Below are positions 1 to 12,000 of a stretch of DNA of 20,000 bases, in pieces (position 1 is the first letter of the stretch; every line of letters starts with the position of its first letter). Origin of the DNA: an uncultured virus (IMG/VR IMGVR_UViG_3300007747_000151). Its lineage: Duplodnaviria > Heunggongvirae > Uroviricota > Caudoviricetes. The stretch lies in IMG/VR virus record IMGVR_UViG_3300007747_000151; one strand, written 5' to 3'. Under the pieces are notes generated by a model, which was not told where the DNA came from, did not search any database, and saw nothing but the letters and a program-made list of their open reading frames with translations. The position numbers and the translations under genes were made by a program.

Positions 1-2
1 TT

Positions 3-3000
3 AACCTGGATGTCGACAATGCCACGTTCACCGAACAGATCGCCAGGATTAGGGGGCAACTGTCCGGTATGGCGGATGAATCGGACAAAGTGCAGACGCG
101 CATGCGTAGTGCGGCAGAGTCGCAAATTAGCGCGCTGAAAACCACCAGCGCCGCCAGCGCAGGCGCCGTGTCCGATATGCAGAAGCGACAGGCGGATGCC
201 GCCGCCGGGCTTCAGAACGAACTGCAACGGGTCTCCAAATCGGTCGATGAGACTTACCTGCGCGTCACCGGGTTAAACCAGCGTTATCGGGAGAACGATG
301 CGCAGGCAGAGGCGCTGGCGCGGCGGCAGGATGCGCTGGCGGAATCGTTCTTTCGGCAGATAGATGGCGTTCGATCCCTCAGTGGTGAAACGCGGTCGCT
401 GGCCAGTGTCCAGGAACAATTTCGTAAGGCCCGCGCGCAGGGGAACATCACTCAGGGCGATTATCTCTCCCTGATATCCCGTACCACGGCCCGACAGAAA
501 GAACTCCAGCAGGTTGAGGAAAAAGCGAACCAGGCGCGCGAGAAATTTCTTCGCCAGCTGAAGGCGCAGGTTGTGGAGCAAAAGCTGTCTGGTACAGAGC
601 TCCTGAGAATGAAAGCGGCGCAGGTGGGCGCCGGCGATGCTGCTGAAGTCTATATCCGCAAACTGGAAGCGGCAAAGGACGCCACGCACAGTCTTGGTCT
701 CGAGAGCGCTGGCGCACGTCGGGAACTTGGCGTGCTGGCGGGGGAATTATTGCGTGGTAATTTCGGCGCGCTGCGTGGCTCCGGGATAACCCTGGCGAAC
801 CAGGCCGGGTGGCTCGAAAAAATGATGACGCTACGCGGACTGGGGATCGCCGGCGTGGTCGGTGGCATCGCGGCATCCGTCGTTCTGCTGGGAAAGGCAT
901 GGTACGAGGGCGGGAAGGAAGCCGAGGAGTTTAACAAACAGCTCATTCTCACCGGGAACTATGCCGGCAAAACCTCGGGACAACTGCAGGCGCTGGCGCG
1001 GAACATCTCAGGAAATGGAGTCACTCAGCACGCCGCGGCAGCCGTATTAGCGCAGGTTGTCGGAAGTGGGGCATTCGGTGGAGCCGACGTCGAGCGTGTT
1101 GCCAACGTGGCTGCAAGGCTCCAGCAGGCGACCGGCCAGGCGGTGGATGAAACTATTAACCAGTTCAAACGGCTGAAAGAGGATCCGGTTAATGCGGTTG
1201 CAACGCTGAATGAGTCGCTGCATTTTCTGACCGCCAGCCAGTTTGAACAGATTTCAGCTGCTCAGGCGATGGGGGATTCACAGCGTGCTGCAGAGCTCGC
1301 GATGCGGGCCTATTCCGACAGCGTTATCCAGCGCGCAAATGCGGTGAAGGAAAATCTGGGGACACTGGAAACTGCGTGGAACTGGGTGAAAAATGCCGCC
1401 AGCGGCGCCTGGGATGCCATGATGGGTATTGGTCGCAATCCTGATACGGCCATGAAGCGGCAGGGTGCTTTTGCGGATTGGCAGGCTGCGGAAAAAGAAC
1501 GCAGGGCGCTGGAAGCAAACTTAAAGGTCGATCCCAACTACTCCGGTAATAATCCGTTAATCAAAGCCGATGCCGAACGTTTACGTAATGCCACTCAACG
1601 GGAAGCGCTGGCAAAACAAACGTTTGACGAAATTGACAAAGCGTACGCTAAGGAGGGGTTAGCCGCGGCGCGCGAGAAGCTGCGCAATGACCAGCAGCAG
1701 CAGGCAATAAGGAATCAGCAGCAGTTTAACCAGCTTCTTGATGCTGGCCTGAAACCTGCCGAGCGGCGGGCCCGCGCTCAGGAAGAATTTAATAAGCTGG
1801 TTGCGAAAAATAAACAGGATGCCATCGATGGGATCGCCACCCGCTGGACGGACAGCGATATCGCAAAAATCCGGGCGGGTATCGATGAGAAATACAAAGA
1901 TCGTAAAACGCCGAAAACGCCGAAAGGCAGGCAGTACACCACACCCGCTGGCAACAAGGCTGAGGAAGGGGCGCAGGCGGAGCTGCTGACGTTGCAGGCG
2001 CAGCTTAAAACCCTGCAGCAGCATACTGACGTTAACGATGTGATCAGTAAGCAGCGCCGTGACCTCTGGCAGACGGAAAACCAGTATGCCGTTTTACAGG
2101 AGGCCGCCAGCCGCCGCCAGTTATCCACGCAGGAAAAATCCCTGCTGGCCCACAAAAACGAAACGCTGGAATACAAACGCCAGCTGGCCGATCTCGGTGA
2201 TAAGTTCGCCCGGCAGCAAAAGCTGAATAATCTGGCGGATCAGGCTACTAAATTCGCCCAACAGCAAAGCGCGCTGAGAGCGGGGATCAATGCTCAGGCC
2301 GACGGGCTTTCTGGTAGGGAGTCGAACAGAAGGACCACGCTTGAAAAACTGAGTGAAACGTATGCCTTCAACCCTGATGCGCAGCGGAAGGTGCTGGCGG
2401 AACAGCAAGCCACCTATGAAGCCGAGGACGCACTGCGCGGTAACTGGCTCGCCGGTGCGAAGCAGGGCTGGGCGGAGTATCAGGATTCGGCCACAGATGT
2501 TTTCTCATCTGTGAAAGATATTTCTCAGGCCACATTCAGTGGTCTTGCCAACCAGCTGACAGCGCTGACCACAACCGGAAAGGCGAGTTTTAAAGAATTC
2601 ACCACATCCATTCTGAAGATGATTGTTCAGGTCATCAATCAGCTGATCGTGGCCTATACCATTCAGGCGGCTATGGGGTGGATCAGCGGCGGCTCCAGTT
2701 CCCCGAAGTCAGGGCCGTCGTATGCCGTTCCTTCCTATCGTCCTTCCGGTTTTGATGGGGGCGGTTTTACCGGGCATGGGGGGAAATACGAGCCCGCCGG
2801 GGTTGTCCACCGCGGCGAGTTCGTTTTCACCAAAGAGGCAACCAGCCGCATCGGCGTGAGTAACCTTTACCGGATGATGAAAGGCTATGCTTCCGGCGGA
2901 TATGTCGGCGCTGGTGGTGCGCCTGCAGGCGCATTCGCTGGTGGCGTGAATGTCTATGCACCAGTAAGTGTGACAACTCAGCAGACAGGTAATGATCAGC

Positions 3001-3125
3001 GGCAGGGTAATACTGATGCTGTTGGAAAGGCCTATCAGCAGGTTGTTAACCGCTCCGTGCAGGATGGGATTGCCAAAGCGCTGCGCCCCGGTGGGCTTAT
3101 CTGGAACGCTAATAACCGCAGGTGA
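3..3125 (+). CDS. Phage tail tape measure protein (lambda gpH-like), 5'-truncated by the window edge
   Basis: The frame is open from position 3 ([23 protein letters not shown]...), so the real start lies upstream of the window rather than at 69. Long Ala/Gln/Leu-rich helical protein with lambdoid TMP motifs '[15 protein letters not shown]', 'FKRLKEDPV' and C-terminal '[26 protein letters not shown]'. Directly upstream of M-L-K-I-J. Confidence 0.95.
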   Translation, partial: NLDVDNATFTEQIARIRGQLSGMADESDKVQTRMRSAAESQISALKTTSAASAGAVSDMQKRQADAAAGLQNELQRVSKSVDETYLRVTGLNQRYRENDAQAEALARRQDALAESFFRQIDGVRSLSGETRSLASVQEQFRKARAQGNITQGDYLSLISRTTARQKELQQVEEKANQAREKFLRQLKAQVVEQKLSGTELLRMKAAQVGAGDAAEVYIRKLEAAKDATHSLGLESAGARRELGVLAGELLRGNFGALRGSGITLANQAGWLEKMMTLRGLGIAGVVGGIAASVVLLGKAWYEGGKEAEEFNKQLILTGNYAGKTSGQLQALARNISGNGVTQHAAAAVLAQVVGSGAFGGADVERVANVAARLQQATGQAVDETINQFKRLKEDPVNAVATLNESLHFLTASQFEQISAAQAMGDSQRAAELAMRAYSDSVIQRANAVKENLGTLETAWNWVKNAASGAWDAMMGIGRNPDTAMKRQGAFADWQAAEKERRALEANLKVDPNYSGNNPLIKADAERLRNATQREALAKQTFDEIDKAYAKEGLAAAREKLRNDQQQQAIRNQQQFNQLLDAGLKPAERRARAQEEFNKLVAKNKQDAIDGIATRWTDSDIAKIRAGIDEKYKDRKTPKTPKGRQYTTPAGNKAEEGAQAELLTLQAQLKTLQQHTDVNDVISKQRRDLWQTENQYAVLQEAASRRQLSTQEKSLLAHKNETLEYKRQLADLGDKFARQQKLNNLADQATKFAQQQSALRAGINAQADGLSGRESNRRTTLEKLSETYAFNPDAQRKVLAEQQATYEAEDALRGNWLAGAKQGWAEYQDSATDVFSSVKDISQATFSGLANQLTALTTTGKASFKEFTTSILKMIVQVINQLIVAYTIQAAMGWISGGSSSPKSGPSYAVPSYRPSGFDGGGFTGHGGKYEPAGVVHRGEFVFTKEATSRIGVSNLYRMMKGYASGGYVGAGGAPAGAFAGGVNVYAPVSVTTQQTGNDQRQGNTDAVGKAYQQVVNRSVQDGIAKALRPGGLIWNANNRR

Positions 3126-3128
3126 TTT

Positions 3129-3476
3129 ATGGCAATTGAAACATTCTCATGGCGCATTCAGGCTGCCAGCCAACCGACGCTAAAAAGCAAAGATAATATT
3201 CGTAAGGTTCAGTTTGGTGACGGTTATGCCCAGGTATCCGGGAATGGCATAAATGATGAAGCATTAAGTTATGAATTTTCATTTTCCGGCGACCCTGATA
3301 CTGCGCTGGATATTTATAAATTTTTGCGTCGCCATAAAACTAAATCGTTTTCCTTTAAACCACCATCAGGTGAATTAGCACTTTGGCGGGTTGAAGCGGA
3401 CAGTCTGCAAAAAGTTATTCAGGGAAAGAAAATCATCACCATCACCGCAACATTTGAACAGGCATTTGCACCATGA
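3129..3476 (+). CDS. Minor tail protein M (distal tail protein, lambda gpM-like)
   Basis: 115 aa with 'METFSW', 'VQFGDGYAQ..GNGIN' and 'ITATFEQAF' motifs. Synteny after H; ATGA overlap with L. Confidence 0.92.
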   Translation: MAIETFSWRIQAASQPTLKSKDNIRKVQFGDGYAQVSGNGINDEALSYEFSFSGDPDTALDIYKFLRRHKTKSFSFKPPSGELALWRVEADSLQKVIQGKKIITITATFEQAFAP

Positions 3477-4225
3477 TTAATTCTGATTATCAAAAGCTGG
3501 AGCCTGGTAATGAAATCAGGCTATTTGAAATTGATGGCAGTAGTTTTGGACTAGATAATGTTCTGTATTTCCACTCGCATAATATTGCCCATACAGAAGA
3601 TGAAATAATTGCTGCAGGAGGGGATGAGGATAAGTTACCTGCAAAAAGTATCTGGTGGCAGGGTACTGAATATAAAGCCTGGCCGTGTGAGATAGAGGGG
3701 ATTGAGGCTTCCACTAGTGGGACGGATGCCCAGCCTACGTTTCGGGTTGCTAACCTTGATGCGTCTGTAACTGCTCTGTGCCTGCATTATGATGATCTGA
3801 TGCAGGCAAAAGTCACTATCCACGATACGCTGGCAAAGTACCTCGATCCCCGTAATTTTCCCTCCGGCAATGCTACCGCCGATCCCACCCAGGAAAAATT
3901 GCAAACCTGGTATATCGATGCGAAAACCGATGAAACGGATGAGGTGGTGGAGTTCACCCTTGCCAGCCCGATGGACCTACAGGGCATGATGATCCCCACC
4001 CGCCAGTTGCATTCGTTGTGTACCTGGTGCATACGGAATAAGTATCGTTCTGGTGATGGCTGTGATTACGCAGGCTCGCGGTATTTTGACCAAAACAATA
4101 AGCCGGTCGATGATCCCTCGAAGGACGTCTGCAACGGTACCCTCACAGCATGTAAGTTGAGGCACGGTGACACCAGTGAATTGCCGTTCGGTGGGTTCCC
4201 GGGGACTTCATTAATCAGGAGCTGA
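3473..4225 (+). CDS. Minor tail protein L (lambda gpL-like, C-terminal Fe-S-binding cysteines)
   Basis: 250 aa with 'WQGTEYKAWP', 'IPTRQLHSLCTWC...YRSGDGCDY', 'DVCNGTLTACKLR' and 'LPFGGFPG' motifs. Synteny. Confidence 0.95.
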   Translation: MINSDYQKLEPGNEIRLFEIDGSSFGLDNVLYFHSHNIAHTEDEIIAAGGDEDKLPAKSIWWQGTEYKAWPCEIEGIEASTSGTDAQPTFRVANLDASVTALCLHYDDLMQAKVTIHDTLAKYLDPRNFPSGNATADPTQEKLQTWYIDAKTDETDEVVEFTLASPMDLQGMMIPTRQLHSLCTWCIRNKYRSGDGCDYAGSRYFDQNNKPVDDPSKDVCNGTLTACKLRHGDTSELPFGGFPGTSLIRS

Positions 4226-4226
4226 T

Positions 4227-4937
4227 ATGCGTCAAAAAGTCATTCAGGCGATACAGGCACATGCGGCGGCGGAATACCCGAGAGAGGCCTGTGGGCTAGT
4301 CGCCCAGAAAGGCCGGGTAGTGCGCTATTTCCCGTGCCGTAACATTGCCGGTGAACCAACTGAGCATTTTATTCTGGCGCCTGAGGATTATGCTGCCGCT
4401 GAGGACTGGGGAGTAGTGACTGGGATCGTACACAGTCACCCGGACGGCACGACCCAGCCGAGCGAACTGGACAAGGCACAATGTGATGCGACCCTGATGC
4501 CCTGGCATATCATCAGTTGGCCGGAAGGGGATTTTCGTACTATCCATCCTCGAGGGGAACTACCGTTACTTGAGCGACCGTTTGTGCTTGGCCATTATGA
4601 TTGCTGGGGGTTGGTAATGAGCTACTTCCGGCAGACTCATGGTATAGAATTGCATGACTACCGCGTCGATTATCCCTGGTGGGAAAAACAGTATCTCGAT
4701 AATTTTTACCACGATTGTTGGTATGAATGTGGGTTCCGTGAATTTGATGGGCCCCCACAGCCGGGGGATATGGTCATCATGCAGGTTCAGTCGGATAAGT
4801 GGAATCATGCCGGGATCCTGCTGGAGGGAAATATGCTGCTGCACCATCTTTATGGTCACCTCAGTAAACGGGTGCCATATGGCGGTTACTGGTTAGAGAG
4901 GACTATGAAGGTTCTGCGTTATCATTCATTGTGCTAA
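4227..4937 (+). CDS. Tail assembly protein K (JAB/MPN plus NlpC/P60 domains)
   Basis: JAMM motif 'EACG...HSHPDGTTQPSELD' and NlpC/P60 'DCWGLV...NHAGI...LLHH'. Synteny between L and I. Confidence 0.95.
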   Translation: MRQKVIQAIQAHAAAEYPREACGLVAQKGRVVRYFPCRNIAGEPTEHFILAPEDYAAAEDWGVVTGIVHSHPDGTTQPSELDKAQCDATLMPWHIISWPEGDFRTIHPRGELPLLERPFVLGHYDCWGLVMSYFRQTHGIELHDYRVDYPWWEKQYLDNFYHDCWYECGFREFDGPPQPGDMVIMQVQSDKWNHAGILLEGNMLLHHLYGHLSKRVPYGGYWLERTMKVLRYHSLC

Positions 4938-4940
4938 CCT
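4932..4940 (+). promoter_or_regulatory. Possible extended -10 promoter (TGcTAACCT) for the lipoprotein moron
   Basis: TGn followed by TAACCT, about 30 nt upstream of the TTG start and upstream of an SD-like 'AAGGGAG'. No clear -35 identified. Confidence 0.3.
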
Positions 4941-4970
4941 TTCTCCAAAATCAAAGGGAGTGGTACTAAA

Positions 4971-5369
4971 TTGAAAAAGATAATTTTATTATTATGCGTA
5001 ACTAGTTTATTTGCCTGTTCAAGTAATCCTTTTGAGGAGACGAAAACACTATATTCTACTGAATATAAAAAACCTTCCTCAAACTCTACGCAAATTCGTG
5101 TTCATCGTGTTTCTCAGCTATCCGGTGCCGCATTAGGTGAAGATTGCCCCTTAGTGCTTAAGGTCGATGATAAAGAGATTGCAGGATTACAAAAAAATCA
5201 ATATGTTGATTTATACGTTCCTAATGGTCATCATAACTTATCTGTTAAATTTAAATGTGCATTGACTTCATGGAGAAAATCTTTAGAGCTTAATGCAGTT
5301 GGTGACTATCAGGAGTATAAAACTGAAATTGGAGCAGTCGGTCAATATCGAATGTGGCGAGTTAAATAA
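4971..5369 (+). CDS. Putative outer-membrane lipoprotein (moron inserted between K and I)
   Basis: TTG start after 'AAGGGAG'. Signal peptide MKKIILLLCVTSLFA-C with lipobox LFAC, and Ser at +2 suggests outer-membrane sorting. Visibly AT-rich compared with K. The 'IRVHR...LKVDDKEIAGL...YVDLYVPNGHHNLSV' pattern resembles DUF2846-type beta-sandwich lipoproteins (unverified). Confidence 0.8.
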   Translation: MKKIILLLCVTSLFACSSNPFEETKTLYSTEYKKPSSNSTQIRVHRVSQLSGAALGEDCPLVLKVDDKEIAGLQKNQYVDLYVPNGHHNLSVKFKCALTSWRKSLELNAVGDYQEYKTEIGAVGQYRMWRVK

Positions 5370-5389
5370 TATCCTGATATTTAACCTAT

Positions 5390-5412
5390 AAGGTCGTTAA
5401 CTCGGCCTTTTT
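5390..5412 (+). terminator. Rho-independent terminator after the lipoprotein gene
   Basis: Hairpin AAGGTCG-ttaact-CGGCCTT (one G-U pair) followed by TTTGTT. Confidence 0.55.
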
Positions 5413-5425
5413 GTTGGGGTTTTTT

Positions 5426-6031
5426 ATGCCAGAAGTAATGACAAAAATTGTGATTAGTGGAGTGCTGGGGAAGCACTTTGGGAAAGTCCACTATCGACTT
5501 GTAAGAAATACAAAAGAGGCCATTAGAGCACTTTGCTGTACAATAGATGGTTTCGAAAGATATTTAAATGAAAGTGAGCAAAAAGGTCTCACATATGCTG
5601 TATTTAAAAATGATAAAAATATCGGAGAGGATGATTTAGCATTTCCAATATCCGGAGAAGAAATTCGTATTATCCCTGTATTAATCGGTAGTAAAAAAGC
5701 AGGAATGCTTCAAACAATATTTGGAGCTGTGTTAGCTGCTGTTGGGGTTGTAGTAGGGGTGATGACTTCCTGGACAGGTGTGGGCGGGGCAATAGGTACT
5801 GCTATGGTAAGCGCGGGTGTGGGAATGATGGCTGGTGGTGTTATTCAGATGCTTTCTCCACAACCTGCAGGATTAGCCAGTAAACAATCCGACGATAACA
5901 AAGCCTCTTACGCATTCGGCAGCGTGACCAATACAGCCTCACAGGGTTATCCAGTTCCCCTTCTCTACGGAAAACGACGAATTGGCGGAGCCATTATCTC
6001 TGCTGGGATCTACGTGGAAGATCAGCAGTAA
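5426..6031 (+). CDS. Tail assembly protein I (lambda gpI-like)
   Basis: 'GVLGKHFGK', 'EAIRALC', 'IRIIPVLIGSK', a Gly/Ala hydrophobic stretch, and 'SYAFGSVTNTASQGYPVPLLYG.RRIGGAIISAGI'. ATG at 5426 is preferred to the TTG at 5411 (5438 also possible). Confidence 0.93.
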   Translation: MPEVMTKIVISGVLGKHFGKVHYRLVRNTKEAIRALCCTIDGFERYLNESEQKGLTYAVFKNDKNIGEDDLAFPISGEEIRIIPVLIGSKKAGMLQTIFGAVLAAVGVVVGVMTSWTGVGGAIGTAMVSAGVGMMAGGVIQMLSPQPAGLASKQSDDNKASYAFGSVTNTASQGYPVPLLYGKRRIGGAIISAGIYVEDQQ

Positions 6032-6057
6032 TTCAACGCATTGTAGTTAACCTTTCA

Positions 6058-6081
6058 GGCTGCCAACAGGCGGCTTTTTTT
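6058..6081 (+). terminator. Rho-independent terminator-like hairpin between I and J
   Basis: GGCTGCC-aaca-GGCGGCT followed by a T run. Confidence 0.65.
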
Positions 6082-6092
6082 ATGGGTAAAAT

Positions 6093-9000
6093 ATGGCGAA
6101 CATCATTAAAGGGCGCAAAGGCGGCAGCTCTAAACAGCGCACACCCACAGAACAGCCGGATGATTTACAGTCCATTGCGAAAGCGAAAATTCTTGTTGCT
6201 TTAGGTGAGGGAGAGTTTGCCGGTAGCCTGACGGGTAAAGATATTTATCTCGATGGTACCCCGATCGAGAATGCCGACGGCTCACAAAACTTTAGCGGCG
6301 TGGCCTGGGAGTTTCGTCCAGGCACTCAGGCGCAAAACTATATTCAGGGTATTCCAGGTACCGAGAATGAAATTAGCGTGGGCACGGACATTTCAAGCCA
6401 GACGGCCTGGACCCACACGTTTACGAATACCCAGCTGTCCGCTATCCGGCTGCGTTTGAAATGGTCGGCTCTTTTTACTCAGGAAGATGATGGCGATCTG
6501 GTCGGCAACACCGTGAAATACGCCATCGATTTACAGACCGATGGCGGTAGCTGGCAGACAGTGGTTGATACGGCGGTGACCGGGAAAACTACTTCAGGGT
6601 ATGAGCGAAGCCACCGTATCGATTTGCCGCGGGCCGGCGCAACATGGACCGTTCGTCTGCGCAAATTAACTCCTGATGCTAACAGCGCAAAGATTGGCGA
6701 CAATATGGCGCTGCTGAGTTATACGGAAGTTATCGACGCGAAGCTGCGTTATCCAAACACGGCTTTGCTATATATCGAGTTTGATTCGAGTCAGTTTAAC
6801 GGCTCCATTCCACAGATTTCATGTGAGCCCCGCGGTCGGGTTATTCGTGTCCCTGATACCTATGATCCTGAAACCCGCTCTTATACCGGAACCTGGACGG
6901 GCTCGTTTAAATGGGCATGGACTGACAACCCCGCATGGATTTTTTACGATCTGGTGGTTAGCGACCGCTTCGGTCTTGGCAATCGGCTGACTGCTGCCAA
7001 TATCGATAAATGGATGCTGTACCAGGTTGCGCAATACTGCGACCAGCTTGTTCCTGATGGTAAGGGCGGTGATGGCCTGGAGCCGCGTTATATCTGTAAC
7101 GTATACATTCAGGATCGCAATGCTGCCTATACGGTGCTGCGCGACTTTGCCGCCATATTCCGTGGAATGACATGCTGGAACGGTCAACAGATTATCGCGC
7201 TGGCGGATATGCCGCGCGATATCGATTTCACCTATACCCGCGCCAACGTCATTGATGGCAAATTCCGTTATTCCAGCAGTACCAGTAAAACCCGCTATAC
7301 CAATGCTCTTGTATCGTGGTCAGATCCGGCCAACGCCTATTCTGATGCAATGGAGCCGTCATTTGTAAAAGAGCTTGTCGCGCGCTACGGATTTAATCAG
7401 CTCGAGCTAACGGCGATCGGTTGCACTCGACAATCAGAGGCTCACAGGAAAGGGTTGTGGGGGATCCTAACCAATAACAAAGATCGCATGGTGACGTTTG
7501 ATGTCGGCCTGGATGGTAAAATTCCTCAGCCTGGTTACGTTATCGGCGTAGCCGATGAAATGCTGGCCGGGAAAGTCAACGGCGGCCGCATCAGTAAAGT
7601 AGACGGGCGGGTTATCATCCTGGACAGGGATATTGATGCTAATGCCGGAGATCGCCTGCAGGTTAACCTGCCTTCCGGTACTTCCCAGAGCCGGACTATT
7701 CAGTCAATAAATGGCCGCCGGCAGGTGACTGTTACCACGGCATTCAGCGAGACTCCCGAGGCCGAATCAGTATGGGCTATTGAGTCTGATGATCTTTTCC
7801 TGCAGCAGTATCGTGTAGTTGGCGTTAAGGATAACAACAACGGGACTTACACGATTACAGGTACGTCGCATGATCCGGACAAATACGCGCGCATCGATAC
7901 GGGCGCCATAATTGATCAGCGTCCGGTCAGTGTTGTTCCTCCGGGTAATCAGGCTCCGCCAGATGGCATCCTCCTTACGTCCTTCTCCGTGGTGAATCAG
8001 GGGATCATCGTCGAAACCCTGCAGGCCAATTGGGACGCGGTACAAAACGCTATCGCCTATGAGGCGCAGTGGCGCCGCAATGACGGCAACTGGATTAACG
8101 TGCCGCGCAGCTCGACCACGTCATTTGAGGTCAGCGGCATTTATGCCGGTCGCTATCTGGTGCGAGTCCGTGCGATCAACGCGGCGGAAATTTCCAGTGG
8201 CTGGGCGTACTCGGAAGAGAAGACCCTGACCGGGAAAGTTGGCGAACCGCTGCCGCCGCTGGCGCTGACGACCGTTTCACTGACCGCAGGTATCGAAATT
8301 CGCTGGGAATTCCCTGCAGGCGCAGACGATACCCAGCGAACCGAACTGCAGTACAGCCCGGACCAGAGCGGGAACGGTGCGATGCCGCTGACCGATTTAG
8401 CGTATCCGGGCAAACAGTATCAGCAGATGGGCCTGCAGATTGCCACGCAGTTCTGGTACCGCGCGCGCCTGGTTGACCGCCTGGGCAATGCCTCGCCGTG
8501 GACTGACTGGGTGCATGGAATGGCCAGCGATAACGTTTCTGATTATTACCAGCAGCTCGACGACGCGCTTAAAGGCTCGGATACATACGAGGAACTGAAC
8601 AAAGGCATCCAGGACAACAGCGCTGCTGCCGACGCCGCGCAACAGGCTGCGGACGCCGCCCAGGGAACCGCTGACCAGGCGGCGAAGGATGTCGCCGCGC
8701 AGGGGGCCATTGTCACGCAGCAGGGCAAGGACCTGGCTGCCAACATCGCCAAAACCAACGACACGACCAACAAGCTGGCGCAGGAAGTGAAAGACCGCGC
8801 TGCAGGTGATACCGCCACAGCGCAGAAAGCGGCCAGCGATACCGCTGCAGCGGTGGCGAAAGCCGAAACGGACGATGCCGCCGTGGCGAAGCAGGCCGCC
8901 GATAACCTGCTGAGTGCTAAACGTGAAGTTGAAGCGGCGATTGAGACGACGAACGTCACCATGCAGAACGGCTTTGACAGCCTGGCGCAGCAGATGGCGT

Positions 9001-12000
9001 CGATTTCAGCCGGTACCGGCGAGCAGTTCGACAGTCTCAAAATCTGGTATTTCGACAAGGACAACGAGGGGTGGAGTTCTGACGACGGCGGCACGAAACC
9101 GCTCCCGACAACCGACGACGGGTGGATCCTTCCTGCGGATGCCATTTCGACCATGCGCAGCCCGTCGGGCGCTGGCACGCTGATTGACGGCAGCGCCTAT
9201 AAGTACCTCCGCCTGCGCATCAAGAAAGTCGGCAACCCGGCCTGGGGCGGTCGGCTGTACTGGATTGGCGCTGATGAAACCGGCTGGACCGAAGGACGCC
9301 GCCTGGTGCTGCCAGCACCGGATTTTGACCCGGCCACCGGCATCAGCACTATCGCGATCCCGGATATCCCATGGCAGGCCTCTGGCACCATTCGCCGCCT
9401 GCGTCTCGACTTCTCACAGGGGGGAGCGGCCGACGCAGATAACTATTATGCCGTTGACTGGCTGGCCGTTGGGCGCCCGACTCCTGGTGCATCGCAGGCG
9501 CAGATTCAGGACCTGAAAACGGCGATGACTGCTGCCGATTCAGCTGAGGCGCTGGCGCGTAACCAACTGGCGGTGCAGCTGCGCGGCAACGAGGAAGGTA
9601 CAGACCCGAATAAACTGGTTTCTGGTCTTATTTTCGAAGAGCGGAAAATCCGCGTGACGGCTGAGAAGGCCATCGGCTCCCGCGTGGATACGTTGCGCGT
9701 CGATTATGATAAATCCACTGCAGCGGCGACCCAGCGCATGGATACGCTGGCGAGCGACCTGCAGTCGACAGCCTCGAAAACGGATCAGGTCGCCGCGGAC
9801 CTTGTTTCAGCGAACGGCGTCATTGCTGGCCATACGCTGGCCATCCAGAAAATCGAGGGTGACGTCCAGACCATCGACGGCAAAGTTCAGGCCAACGCCA
9901 GCCAGATTGCCGGGGTGGAATCGAAGGTTGATAACATCCGAATCGGCGGCGTAAACCTGATACCCAACTCCGGGGAACTGACCGGCAAATCGCCATCTGC
10001 AACCGAACGTTACCGGGGTAACGCGGTTCGCATCCTGACGCGTGCCGCCGGAGCGACTGATTTCGCCGTCCTCGACTACACGCTGGCCGCGCCGGTTGAC
10101 GGTACCGAGTATGTTCTGTCGTTCTATGCGAAAGCGAAGACGGACAAGACGCCGGTTCGTTGTTTCCTGAATACGCCGGATGCCACTATCCGCGCTGAAA
10201 CCAGCCAGGGCGTTATTGTGGAGCGTCCAGCCGGGTATAACGGCGATGTGACCGTGACGCTCTCCACGTCCTGGAGTCGCTATTGGGTTAAATACAAACG
10301 CAAACCTGGCTTGTCCGGGACGGCGTATCTCGTTGTGGCCAGACTCGACGGCGCAGCTGCAGCGCGCGAAGCGTGGATCAGCTCTCCGATGTTTGAATCC
10401 GGAAATATTGTGAGCGACTGGAGCCAGGCACCGGCAGACAGCGCCAGCTCGGATGCCGTCCAGCAACTGACGACCCGCGTCACGACTGCCGAGAATACGC
10501 TGGCCACCACGGCGCAGCAGACGACGGCGCTCAAGTCACAGATTACGACCGGCAACCTCCTGCTGAATGGCGACCTGATTAATAAAGCGGATAACTGGCA
10601 GCTGTCCGGCACCGGCGCGGGTGCTCCGGTCTATGACGCGGTGATGAAAGGTCTCACCACGACCGAGCCGGCGATGCGGATCGCCAACGGAACAAAAATC
10701 CCGGTTGAAGCCGGTCAGGTACTGACGCTCACCTTCGGATTCAAGACGGACGACGCGACGATCAGCATCGGGACCCAGAATTTTACGATGGGCCTGATTG
10801 AGAATTGGGGGGATCCGACTAACTGGCTTGTCCAGGACAACACCTGGTTTGCGGGTATCACCACCGGCTACCAGACCCGCACGCTGACGTTCACGATCCC
10901 GAATGACTTCAAAGGGAGATGGTGTTACCTGCGCATGGCCTGCGGAGGATGGACGCCGTCAACCGCTCGCGTTTACCTGCAGGGCTTCATGCTGACCGCC
11001 TCAAACGGTATCGCTGGTAAAGCCGATGCATCAGCAGTGCAGGACCTGCAGTCGCAGGTCACGAAGAACGGTGACGACATTGCCACCAACGCCAGCGCGA
11101 TCACTAGCCTGGGTGGGCGTATTGATGCCACCAATGCCGAGGTGGCGAAGAAAGCCACCACCGCCGCGCTGGATAGCCTGAAGGCCACCGTCACGCAGCA
11201 GGGTAAGGATATTACCGCACAGGCGGAGCGGACGACGGCGTTAACCAATACCGTTAACCAGAATAAGCAGAATGCTGATTCTGCGATTGCCGCGAACGGC
11301 CAGGCGATCTCTGGTTTATCGCAAACTGTTTCACAGCAGGGCGACCGCATCACCAGCCAGGGCCAGCAGATTACGCAGGTCAGCAATAAAGTCGATACGG
11401 TGAATACTGACCTCGGCAAGCGGATTGACCAGAAGGCCGATAACAAGACAGTACAGGACCTCAGCGCCACCGTGACCCAGCAGGGCAAGGATATTACGGC
11501 GGCGAACCAGGCCATCACCAGCCTGAAAGGGCGTGTTTCGACGGTTGAGGAAGGGCTGGCCAAAGCGGCCACCGCCGATGCCGTGAGTAAACTGGATACA
11601 CGCGTTACAAACGCTGAGGGGAAAATTGAATCGCAGGGAACGGCGATCACCGGGATTAATGTTGCGCTGAACTCGCAGACGGCAGCGGGTGGCGACTACA
11701 TCCTGAACCCAACATTTGACCCCGCATATCCGTCTATGGGCTTTACCCGCCGGGATACGGTAGACAGCAACGACGATGATGGTATTCCGTATGATGCTGA
11801 CATCCCGGCAGGCGCTCCGCGTCGCTATGTAGCACGACTGGCCTCACGCGATCACCAGCTCAATACGCCACCGTGGCCGGTAAAAGCGGGGCAGGTATTC
11901 GAGATTTCGGTCTGGGTAGCGGCAAAGGCAGGTTCCAACGCCGCATTTAACATGTACATCGGCTCGGCTACGGGACCGAATACGGGTGCCGTGGCGTACG

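Noticed and set aside
1905..1925. Short tandem repeat AAAACGCCG x2 (KTPKTPK) in the tape measure gene
   Set aside because: In-frame 9-bp duplication in a low-complexity linker; no sign of phase variation.
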